A stretch of DNA of 64,000 nt from Basidiobolus meristosporus CBS 931.73. Its lineage: Eukaryota; Fungi; Basidiobolomycota. Within the stretch, counting starts at the first letter, position 1, and each line of letters begins with the position of its first letter. The stretch covers positions 23,327-87,326 of the forward strand of contig MCFE01000361.1 in the NCBI GenBank assembly GCA_002104905.1, written 5' to 3'. Under the pieces are notes generated by a model. The model was not told where the DNA came from, made no database searches, and was given only the letters and a program-made list of their open reading frames with translations. Shown in pieces: positions 23,301 to 34,099 of this stretch. A program made the translations under genes and the position numbers.

Positions 23301-25379
23301 TACAGTAGTCTATTGCTTTATCCCATATACTTTGCAGAAGTGGTTGAAGTGTTTTGAGGTATATTCTCCACCATTGTCAGAGCATATTTTCTTGATTTTT
23401 TCACCAGTTTCTCTCTCCACCATGGCTTTAAGCTCCCTGAGCTTAGACAGGGCTTCTTCCTTTCTCTCCACAAAGTAGACCCATGTGTATCTTGTATAGT
23501 TATCAATAATGGTGTTTAAATACTTCATCCCACCTAAGCATAAATTTTGCACAGGGCCCTACAGATCTGAGTGAATTAGATCTAGTTTTTTCTTGGTTTT
23601 GATCAGCCCAGAGCTCTTTAACAGTTGTCTGGCTTGTTTCCCATATATGCAGGCTTTACAGTGCTCCAAATTAGCTGGGGGATCAACTTTTACTCCAGAA
23701 ATTAGCTGATCTTTGATCATTTTGCGCAAATAATCAAAATTGATGTGCCTAAATCTCCTGTGCCAAAGCATTGGTGTTTCTTCATTCAAGTTACTTATAT
23801 CAGCTTCCAAATATGATCAAATATAAGTCAACTTGTATAGATTCTGAACTCTGATACCCAAAGCAATATGGGCACCATTTTGATCAGTGATCCTGCATCC
23901 AGAATTGTCAAAGCTGAAGCTGAGTCCTTCTGCAGTGGCCTTGCTTACAGAGAGTAGGTTCTTGGCTATTTCTGGTACATAGAGTACTTCTTTAAAGGCC
24001 AGTGTATGGCTTCCTTCACAGCTTCCTAGGTTTACTTGGATAGTTCCTTCTCCCACTGCATTAAGTGTTCTATTGTCACACATGAAAGCCTTCTTAATTG
24101 GAATTTCTTGATATAGGGTAAAAAGTTCTTTTTGGTGTGTAAAGTGTTGAGATGCTCCAGAGTCAATATACCACATCTGATAATCATTGTTTGTGGTCAT
24201 ATTTAGTGCAGATATGAATAGTGTATCTTCAGTTGTTGCAGCATTTCCATATTCAGGCTTTTTCTGCTAACTATCTTTCTTTCTGAGGCACTGGTCTGAT
24301 GTGTGTCCTTTCCTTTTGCAATAGTTGCAAAGCAGGTTGCTGTTGCCTTTGTAGGGTCTTGAGTACCTCCTTTGTTAGTTATGATTGCTTATTAAAGCAT
24401 TTTCTTCTTCCTTCTTATTGGCACTTGATTTTCTTAATTCATCATCCAGGAGCCTTCAATATATATGATTCAAGGTCAAATCTTCAGTTCTGGACTCTAG
24501 GGCTGATACAAGGCACTGAGACTTGTCTGTCAGGCTATTCAGGATGGTAACTATCTCATCCTCATCAGTAGTTAGTACACCCACAGATTCCATTTCATCT
24601 ACCTGGAGGGAAATTCTGCTAATTAGATTTACATTTCTTCTCCTGGCAGCATCTTTGTAGTAAAGAGTTTTTGTCTCAGATACATTTTCTTGGCAGCTGA
24701 ACATGACTGGTAGGTGTCTTCTAATGCCTTCCAGGCATTTTTTGCCATTTTTGCTCTTGAGCATTGAATTAGCAATTTATCCTTAACATAAAGGCAAATG
24801 CAGTTAAATGCACTTTGTTCTTTCTTCTGGTACCCTAAGGCTTCCTCTCCCATGTTTTTAGGAGGGCATTCTTCTCCCATGACAATATCCCTAAGGCCTC
24901 TTTTTGTTGCAGCATCTTCAACTTCACCTTCCACACTTGGTAGTTAGATCCATCCAACTTTTCAGCAGAGAGAAAAATTCCAGTAATATCAGTAGTAGAC
25001 ATTGCAGAGAGTGACAGCTTGGGGCTCATAACCTGTTGTAAGAGTCTTGGAGATATTGGAAGTGATTGGGAGAACAAGTAGATTATGTGGTTTTCACTTA
25101 ATGATTTATTGAATGTAAAAGTAGTATTAATACTTTTACACGGTCTTGGCATACAATCATGTAGAATAGATTAAGGAAGATTCCAAGAACATGTGTGCAA
25201 AGTTTGGGGCTGTTTGGACAACTTCAAGAATTTTCATGTTCTGGGCACCGGATATTTTGTGAAAATATTCTGAGTAAATCCCAACAAGGATTTTGGCCAG
25301 TATTCTCCAGGATCTGAAGATAGCAATCTAAGTTACTAAGTTAGGTGAATATTTGGGTGGAATTATAAATTTTACACCA
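20350..25379 (-). mobile_element. Near-complete but frameshifted Ty1/copia element A (gag, PR, GAG-pre-integrase, IN, RT, RNase H), nested antisense in element B
   Basis: LTRs 25034-25379 and 20350-20698, PBS GGTTATGAGCCCCAAGC, TSD AATTG/AATAG. Motifs WYIDSGAS, SDNGGEY, KSLYGLKQ, ALYVYDL, GYSDADW, KHIDTRHHF in copia order. Confidence 0.92.
22507..22854 (+). mobile_element. Copia family 1 solo LTR inserted antisense between IN and RT of element A
   Basis: 348-bp LTR with TGTTGTAA/TTACAACA ends; TSD GTGAT/GAGAT. Confidence 0.88.
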
Positions 25380-26309
25380 AATAGACAGGTGCCTCAAAAA
25401 GAGAGATAATCAGCAAAAAAAGCATCATAATGGAAATTTTGCAACAACCAAAATTAGATTAATCATATCTGCAATGGATATAACCACTAACAAGGGCTCT
25501 CAGAGATGATGTGATGACTTTGGAGTATTTGAGCACTTCAGACACCAACAAGAGCTTTATCCCCAATATCAATAAATTAAAAAGCTTTTGATGGGGACTA
25601 TAGGACACTTGATGCAGTTGGAGAGGGAATTATTCAAGTTAATATCAAAAGTGGAGAAAGAAATCATACACTTACCGTCAACAAAGTACTTTATGTACCA
25701 GAAAAGTCAAGAACCTACTATATGTAAGCAAGGCCACAGCAGAAGAAATCAGTTTTGGTTTTGGCAATTCTAGATTCAGGATTGCAGATCAATATGTTGC
25801 CTAAATTTGTTTGGGTATAAAATAGCAGATTACACATAAGCTATCAAATATCCCATCATATCTGGGAGCCAATGTAAGTCACTGAAATTAATAAACACCA
25901 ATGCTTTGGCACAGGGGATTTTGACTCATCAATTTTGATCATATGCACAATATGATCAAAGATCAGCTAATATCTATAGTAAAATAAGATCTTCAGGCAA
26001 GTTTGGAGCATTAAGAAGCCTGAAAATATGGGAAACAAGCCAGATAAGCACCAAAGAGTGCTGGGCATGTTAAAACTAAGAAGATACTAGATCAAACTCA
26101 CTCAGATGTGTAGGGGCCTATGCAAAATTTATCCTCAGTCAGGATAAAGTATTTAAGCACTTTTATCAATGATTATACAAGATACATATGGGTATACATC
26201 ATGAAAAGAGAGGAAGAAGCTCATTCTAAGTTCAGGGAGCTTAAAGCCATGGTGGAGAGAGAAACTGGTAAAAGAATCAAGAAACTACACTCTGACAATG
26301 GTGGCCAAC

Positions 26310-29276
26310 TGTTCTGCATCAACATTTAAAACTTAGCCTATTTTACTACATTAGAAAATCTGGCACCCTAACTGATCTTCCCTAATCCAAACATAACTAA
26401 TCTCAGTTATGATTTATTTTATCACTTCTCAGAATCTATTTTTAGCTGTCACACCTGATCAATTTTCATGTGGTCATTACATCCTCAACTGATCTGCTAA
26501 GCCTTTCCAAGTAATTAATCATCTGAAATCTATCCAACCACTTAGCAGTTGCCAAGACATTAGCTGATTAATGATTCAATTTCTCATTTACCTTATGCAC
26601 CCATGAGCACCCCAACAGATTTCAATTAGTCCAGTCTCTTGGCACTTAATTATTCAACTTGATCAGAAAAATTTATATAAAGTTTACTGAACCTTTTGCT
26701 TTAGTGTGTGTCTCAACATAAGGATTGTGCCTCAGCAAAATTAAGAATTCAACGATTCTGTTCTAGTTTCTGCCCAAGCCTAGCATATCTAGCACTTTCA
26801 AGTGCACAAGCCTAGCTTGCATAGCAAACCAACTATGTGACCTTTATAGCCCAACTCAGCTATATACAAGACCAGTATTAGACCAGAACCACTCTGCTAA
26901 TATTTCTGTCACTCTTGACAATTCTAAGATTCTGCACTTAGTTGTCACATAGGTTCAGTTAACTCATTCAAGAGTTCTATTACACTTTTCTCTTGGATGC
27001 ATCATTTTTTTGTTGAATTCCATTACATCCAACTGCTTTACAATATGACCTCATCAGCAAGCAATCCAAATCTTTCCATGTTGGAAGAAGCCTGCAGAAA
27101 TCAGGAAGTACTAACTGAACAGTTTGAAAACATCATGCATGAAAGAATCCCTTTGATGCTTGAGCACTCCAAGCTTGCCAAGACAAGAGATGACAATCAT
27201 TGTAGAGATGAACTTCATGAAGTTATTTCTGGTCACCAAGATGAAATTGGAATTATCAAAGAAGCCTTTGAGAGTGTTGCCATTGTAATTGACAGCATTG
27301 AAAATCCACCAAACTTGCTCTGCATCAGCCACTAAGAAGTCATGCCTCTGGATCCTCCAGATCTACACCTCCCTCTAGGCCTGCCCTGGTGGTTGTTCCA
27401 AGATCCTTGCCTCTTTATGCTGAAGGAGCCAATGTCATAAAGAATCCTACTGAGTTTCTTTAAAGTTCAGTAATGTCTTAGCTGCACACCTGCTAGACCC
27501 TGACACCAATTGGGCTAGACTTCATATCCATCCATGCAAGCCTTCCTATGGATCATATTGCACTTGACCTGGATCTTTCACCACTAGTGATGATTGTAAT
27601 CACTACCTCTTTATAATTGTGGATGTCTGCACATGTTTAGTCTCCCACCAAGCTATCCCAGACAAGCATGCTGATACTATTGCACAAGCACTTTTCAAGC
27701 TTTTCTTCCCATTTGGATTCCCTGAGGTCATCCTATTGGATAATAGAACAGAGTTTGTGAATCATGTGATCAAAGCCCTTTGTCAGAATAGCACTGTTGA
27801 TCACCATCTGATCACTCCCTATCATCCCAAACCTGATGGACTTGCTGAAAGACATGTTCAGACCTCAGTGAACATCATCAGGAAATCTATGAAATGTATC
27901 AAGAAGAACTGGGACAAGTACATTCCAACTATACAGTATGCTATCAACACCAAAACTGCAGCTCTACATGGATCAATGCCATTTTCTTTGATGTTTAGAA
28001 GAAAATTCAACCACTTTGGAGACTACCAGAATACAGAGTTAGCAAAGTTGAATACAGACAAGCTAAAGAACCAACTTGAGTACCTTACCAAAACTGTCTA
28101 CCCTGCTATTAGTGCCAGAAGTACAACCTCACAGCAAAAGTGACTTCAACATACACCTCAAGACACAGGAACAGCAGCTTCCCAGATGGGTCATATGATA
28201 TGACACTAGATCCAATCTAGCAATCTAAACATAACCCCAAATATGAAGGCCCACTCACACTTGTCAGACAGACCACTGGAGGATCATATGCACTTCAGGA
28301 CAATACTGGAGCACTGCTCCCCAAGAGCTTGCCACCTTCTTCACTGAAGCTTATATCTTAAGACCCAGTTACTTCAGAATCCTATGAATTTGAAGCTATT
28401 GTTGATTATGATGGAGAAGAACCAAATTGCCTTTATTTAGTGAAGTGACAAGGTTATGATGCCAAACACAAAACCTTTGAACCTTACACCAACTTTGATG
28501 ATGTTGCCCTCATCCATCAGTAGTGGAGCCGCAGGGGAACCCAGAAGATATCAGAAAACTCCTCTCCTGGGAGGAAGTGATGTTGTTCATCAACATTGAA
28601 AACTTAGCTTATTTTACTACATTAGAAAATCTAGCACCCTAACTGAACTTCCCTAACCCAAACATAACTAATCTTAGTCAAGGTCTATTTTATCACTTCT
28701 CAGAATCTATTTTTAGCTGTCACACCTGATCAATTTTGATGTGGTCATTATATCCTCAACTGATCTGCTAAGCCTTCCAAGTGATTAGCCATTTGAAATC
28801 TATCCAATCACTTAGCACTTGCAAAGACATCAGCTGATTGATGATGCAATTTTTCATACCTTATACACCTATGAACACCCCTACAGATTTCAATTAGTGC
28901 AGTCTCTTGGCACTAGGTATTTCACCTTGATCAGAAAAATATATACAAAGTTTATTGAACCTTTTGCTTTAGTTTCTGTCTCAACAAAATTAAGATTGTG
29001 TGTCAGCAAAACTAAGAACCCAACAATTCTGTTCTAGTTTCTGCCCAAGCCTAGCATATTGCGCTCTCCCAAGAGCACCAAGCCTAGCTTGCATAGCAAA
29101 CCAACTCTGTTGCCTTTATAGCCCAACTCAGCTACATACAAGACCAATATTAGGCCAGAACCACCCTGCTAATATTTCTGTCACTCTTGACAATTCCAAG
29201 ATTGTGCACTTAGTTGTCATTTAGGTTCAGTTAACTCATTCAAGAGTTCTGTAACACTTGTCTCTTGGATGCAACA
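26310..29276 (+). mobile_element. Internally deleted Ty3/gypsy chromovirus (element C): two ~695-bp LTRs, short gag-like ORF, integrase and chromodomain relic; no PR/RT/RH
   Basis: LTRs 26310-27004 and 28581-29276. Integrase (ILLDNRTEF...YHPKPDGLAERH), GPY motif, chromodomain relic (YEFEAIVDY...YLVK*QGY...TFEP) at ~28375-28535, purine tract before the 3' LTR. Confidence 0.88.
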
Positions 29277-29553
29277 CTGACATTGTAGTAAGAGTCTAGG
29301 AGATATTAGATGTGACTAGGAGGAGAAGTAGATTATAGGGCTTTCACTTTATGATTCATTGAAAGTAAAAAGACTTGTTCTGTTGGATAGTGCCACATAG
29401 TGCCAGCCTGTTCATAGTGCCGGATTGATCTGGCACTCTACGGCACTATCTGGCACTATAATTTCTACCATGATGCCAGTGGTATGATACAGTTACTGGT
29501 AATTTTACTCAATCTTACTTATGTTGCTCAGAATAGTGCTTTCCTTGCTTTAT

Positions 29554-31175
29554 TTACTCTTCATAATGCTCCAGACACATTTCTCTCAGTGGATGTCTTC
29601 TTGTATGAACATACTGTGCATTAATAAGTATCTTAACTATTTTACCTATCCTGCTGTTTTCACCTATATATGACTTTCCTCTGTATTTACCTGCCAATAT
29701 GCTGAATCTCTTCAGATATCCAAATATGTGCTTTACCCTCACTCTGAAATGATTAAATATCTCATTGTAGAGCTTCTGCTTCCTGCTAAGCACACCATTC
29801 CTTGGCTTCCTATAAGCTGTAATACATCCTAATCTCTGACAATCCTCTCCTATATAGGCTAAGTCTGCCATACATTTCTCCCCTCTACTGAATTCAGGAT
29901 GATTTTCTACCCAGAGTGCTTTGTCATGCCTACTTCCAGCAAATGGCCCACTAAACCAGATGATGTTACCCTCAATGTCAGACAGTGCTTGAAACTTCAC
30001 ACAGTGTGCCTTGTACTTGCCAGAATAAAAGTGCCTCTGCCCTCTAGAAGGTCTGTTAATCCTCACTGGGAAGGTATCCAAAATACTCCTGATATGGAAC
30101 CTGTTGCTGAACACTCTGGGATATGGAAGTCTATTGGAGCTTCTGAACCTAGTATTCCAAGCTTGCTCTAAGTCATTAGACTTGTTCTGTTGGATAGTGC
30201 CACATTGAGCCATGAGTGCCAAATGATGCCATAGTGTGCCAGAGAGGCCAAGTAAGTCTATACTTGGCCACAGAGTGTGAAACATAGATCTGCATCTTCA
30301 TGCAAAGCATCCCCTGTGTTTTACCTATGATGCAGGAGAAAATCCATTTTTTGACGTTTTTTTGTGGATCAATATTATGCAGGATGTGCAAGAGCACTAA
30401 AGGATTGAAGATATACATCTGGTACTCAATACCCATGGCACTCTGAATCTAGCTCCTGTGGCTTGTAACATGTCACAAAAATGTATGGCACTATCTTGGT
30501 CCACTGGTACTATCTGGCACTATATTTAAATATTAGCCCTAAAGTAAGATCAATACAAAGCACTTATAGTGCCTGATAGTACCAGTGGACCAAGATAGTG
30601 CCATACATTTTTGTGACATGTTACAAGCCACAGGAGCTAGATTCAGAGTGCCATGGGTATTGAGTACCAGATGTATGTCTTCAATCCTTTAGTGCTCTTG
30701 CACATCCTGTACAACAGTGACCTAAAAAAAAAGGTAAAAAAATGGATTTTCTCCAACACAATGAGTGAAACACAGGGGCTGCTTTGCATGAAGATGCAGA
30801 TCTATGTTTCACACTCTGTGGCCAAGTATAGGCTTACTTGGCCTCTCTGGCACACTATGGCATCATTTGGCACTCATGGCTCAATGTGGCACTATCCAAC
30901 GGGACAAGTCTATTCATACCCTCTGCAAGGTGGTTCTCCATTGCTGTCAGCTGGGAATGAAAGCTTCTAGGACTTTTGTTGCCATGGATGGTGGGATGAA
31001 ACCTTGTAGGGCAATAGTTCTTGTAATAGCAGAGAAGCTTAACAAGGGATCTCCTTGAGTAGATTGGGGTTGATGGTCCACAGTACTTGGTATAGATCTC
31101 CTCCAGTGTGTCAAAAGGAAATCCAGTGGTAGTGATGGGATTGATGAGAAAAGACCATTCAGATGAGTAAGTCAT
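29554..31175 (-). pseudogene. DDE_Tnp_4 (Harbinger/ISL2EU-type) transposase, ~294 aa once the MITE is removed; third catalytic residue E>K
   Basis: ILDTFP, YSGKYKAHCVKFQ, CMADLAY, RVRVKHIFG (the paralog at ~39450 reads RIEHTFG). Halves rejoin in frame as HLAEGMN|DLEQAW. Confidence 0.88.
30178..30911. mobile_element. 734-bp palindromic (foldback) MITE of the same PHIS family, inserted in the transposase
   Basis: Arms 30178-30524 and 30565-30911 are reverse complements around a 40-bp spacer. Termini AGACTTGT/ACAAGTCT, perfect TSD ATT/ATT. Confidence 0.92.
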
Positions 31176-31627
31176 ATTAAAATTGATGGATGATTGTATG
31201 AAGGTGGTTTGAATTGATTCGGCGCAATCTGCGTTATTTATCTGATTTTTAACACATTATGGTTCAATCTCCATCAATTGCCATGTATCCCATCATTATG
31301 TTGCAAATATCATCCGCAAACAATGCCTTGGTACTTTTATTGATGCTTTAATCATAGGTCTATAATCAAATAGGAAATCTGCAATTGATGTGATCTGATC
31401 CGTGTCAATGCAATCCAAGATGCATCATGCATAATATATGGAAAATTCAACAATCACTTTAGTTTTCATATATATTTCATATAAGACCAGGTTGATGCCA
31501 ATATACTGCTGTATAAGTATCCAAATCCGTTGCTATGGTCCCCATACCAAGCCTCAACTCATCTTTAGTACAACCCAGACAAAACCCATCCCCCAGCTCA
31601 CAAGCGCGGTCTGGACCGTGAAAGTCA

Positions 31628-32782
31628 ATGTTGGATCCGTTTCAGTTCTTGCCAAATGATTTTAGTATGGCCCAAGTGTCTATGATGAGCCTTCATACAG
31701 ATATTTGGGCACTACTGATTAATCTAGCAGAACTAGATACCTCAGAGAGTCAACAAAGATGGAAGAATTTGAGTAGAAAGCTGTGGCATGAGTTCTACAT
31801 CAAGATGCCAGCCAATGTATGTAAAAAGATATATAACAAGACAAGTATTGAAATCAAGAATGAGCTGAGAGTGAGGGGATTTGACAAAGAAGCCACGCGG
31901 GAACAATTTTGCGCGCAATTTGCACAGTACGGGCCGGACGCGTCTGTTTGTGCCTCAACTTTGGGAACCAAAGAGATTTTGAATGAGTTTTTGCCTCAAA
32001 TGACTAATGTGCTACATGATATATTAGTAGAGCTAAGTGGCTTCCGAGAGCAATATACACAGGACTCATCCAGGCAACAGCTCCAAAGTATCAGACAGAG
32101 GGTAAGTGAATGCCTTGAGGAATCAGATGGTGAGCTTCAGGAGGAAGAATACAGACCGCAAGCAACATTGTCCAGATTGCGCCAGCACACCTTGCTGGAT
32201 TCCCTACCATCTCTTGCAACCACAGCACACCGGCGCACGTCAGTCCAGACCGCGCCAACACCCTTTACCAGAACGCCCCGCGTCAAGTCAACGCGCGTCG
32301 GGTCAACATGCGCGCTTCAGAGCAAAACTACAAGAACTTGCCAAATTGCTCATTTAGACACGAGTCCATTGGAGCGGACCAAGTCACGTCAACATGCAGC
32401 ATCACATCAAACTCAGCCAAGGGCCATCTCAACGCGTCAAGGCGCACCTGTGTGTGCCATTTTGCCCAACCATCAGCAAGTTACTTCTGGTGAACTGACT
32501 GATGATGACCAACATGAAGTGCCTCAACCACCAGAGCCCTTGGCAAGTAAAAGAACGCATCAGCGCGTGGCACTACAGGCCGGTTCAGTTGGTTCAGTCG
32601 GAGCAATTCAGCGTGGCCAAGCTGCAGCATTGCACTCATCAACTAGGAGGCAAAATACTGACTACAAATACACAAGTAGCCAAGATGATAGTCAGCCAGG
32701 AAGTAGTATAGGTGCGCAAAGTGAGTCACTACCAAATGCTTCAGTAGTAGTCCCTGTGAGAAAAAAACCCAGGAGAAGATGA
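31628..32782 (+). CDS. PHIS accessory ORF (384 aa): SAP-like motif, acidic/helical centre, T/R/Q-rich disordered tail, C-terminal NLS
   Basis: Intact ORF inside the TIRs. KTSIEIKNELRVRGFDKEATREQFCAQF has SAP-consensus spacing; ends RKKPRRR. True start codon uncertain. Confidence 0.7.
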   Translation: MLDPFQFLPNDFSMAQVSMMSLHTDIWALLINLAELDTSESQQRWKNLSRKLWHEFYIKMPANVCKKIYNKTSIEIKNELRVRGFDKEATREQFCAQFAQYGPDASVCASTLGTKEILNEFLPQMTNVLHDILVELSGFREQYTQDSSRQQLQSIRQRVSECLEESDGELQEEEYRPQATLSRLRQHTLLDSLPSLATTAHRRTSVQTAPTPFTRTPRVKSTRVGSTCALQSKTTRTCQIAHLDTSPLERTKSRQHAASHQTQPRAISTRQGAPVCAILPNHQQVTSGELTDDDQHEVPQPPEPLASKRTHQRVALQAGSVGSVGAIQRGQAAALHSSTRRQNTDYKYTSSQDDSQPGSSIGAQSESLPNASVVVPVRKKPRRR

Positions 32783-34099
32783 TGCGATTGCTTTGAATCG
32801 CTCACATTTGTAATGATCCCAACAACCCTTTTTTTTTGCAATCCAAATCGAGCCATCGCAAATCAGTGATCATCAAATTTTTGATATAAGTAATATCAAG
32901 GTCGTCTCACATTTGAGACAGAACCCCTTTAAATAAACACCCTGCATATATATACGTCATCTGTAATACCAGTGCAGCAATTGGATCTGTTTTGCACCTA
33001 CACAATCGCTTGCGTGCTAGCTATGACACCTAGCCCAATCACTAGGATCAGGGATTTACTTGCTCAATGGGCAAAATGGGATATTTGATGGCAAATCAGG
33101 TAGCTTTTTCAGTAGTCAATGAGCCAATTGGGGGCTGCCAGCTTCAGGATACTTTTGGACCAATTAACCACTGAGATACTGTCCAATTGGAGTGAGGGTA
33201 ACCAAAATGGTAAGTATCAGTGTAGTTTATAGTGTGATACACATTTATTTCCATTTACATTAAAGAAGCATATCCAAATACCGGATTTTACCTGCCATTA
33301 TAGCGGTATCCAATCGCGCACGTGATGCAAACATTACAAGTTGGCGCGATCATCCGTGCCAACCTCATTGTGTCAGATTGTGCCATAGTGTGCAAGATTG
33401 TCCCGCATAGTGCAAAATTGTCCAAGAACAATCCTGCCTTCTGGTAGCTATGATATTGCACCCAATTGTTCTTTGCAACCGTGGATTGTGCCGCGCACCC
33501 TGGCACGGTACGATGGAACAAGTCTAAAGTAATGTTGGTACATTTACATGGTCTTGGCATTGCAAGCATGTAAATATGCTCAAAAAGGTCCCAAGAACAT
33601 GCATGCCAAGCTTAGGGCTGTTTGAGCAACTTCAAAAATTTCATGGTCAGGTTTCCTGGTATTTTGGTGGAAATATTCTAAGTAAATCCCAATAAGGAAT
33701 AGCGTCAGTATTCCATATTATTTGAAGGTACTGTTCTAAGTGCCTAGGATAGGTGAACATAAAGGTAGAATTACATACTTTACAACTCTCCCTCCAAACT
33801 AAATAATGAATACTTATTTGGTCCCACAGGTGGATCTGCTCTGTGTCAACCTTCAGGATCCCATTTGTAGACCATCCCAAAACTAGCAGCTTGGAATTAG
33901 TGACCCTCTTAACAATTGTTGGGCAGGACTGCAATGGCATTTAACTAGTCTTACTGCCAAATAAAGCTATAAAACTTGGCAGGGTTTGATTGTTGCTGTA
34001 GCAATGATTGCATGGCATTATTGTGGTCTTAATGTGCTCTACAACTACATAAAATAGATCTAACTAGCAAGTACATCCAATGCCTTGTAGGGCAAAAAA

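Larger units (their letters stand above)
18911..26309 (+). mobile_element. Degenerate Ty1/copia element B (family 1), host of nested insertions; 5' LTR 18911-19612, PBS, gag, protease-integrase remnants
   Basis: LTR TGTTGTAA...TTACAACA, PBS GCTTATGAGCCCCAAGC at 19613-19629, gag relic to 20349 resuming at 25380, integrase relic (...KLHSDNGG) cut at 26309. Confidence 0.85.
29371..33525. mobile_element. PHIS-superfamily (PIF/Harbinger-ISL2EU-like) DNA transposon H1 with two divergent genes
   Basis: Ends AGACTTGTTC...GAACAAGTCT, subterminal GTGCC/GGCAC repeats, 3-bp TSD AAA/AAA. DDE_Tnp_4-type transposase on minus, 384-aa ORF on plus. Confidence 0.88.
29284..33787 (-). repeat. Copia family 1 solo LTR split by the PHIS transposon (pieces 29284-29370 and 33526-33787)
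   Basis: The two pieces join into one LTR consensus at ...GTAAAA|GTA... once the element and a 3-bp AAA duplication are removed. Confidence 0.75.

Noticed and set aside
33040-33234. CACTA...TAGTG mini-element inside H1
   Set aside because: Only a 5-bp terminal match and no TSD (AAT versus TGA); expected by chance.
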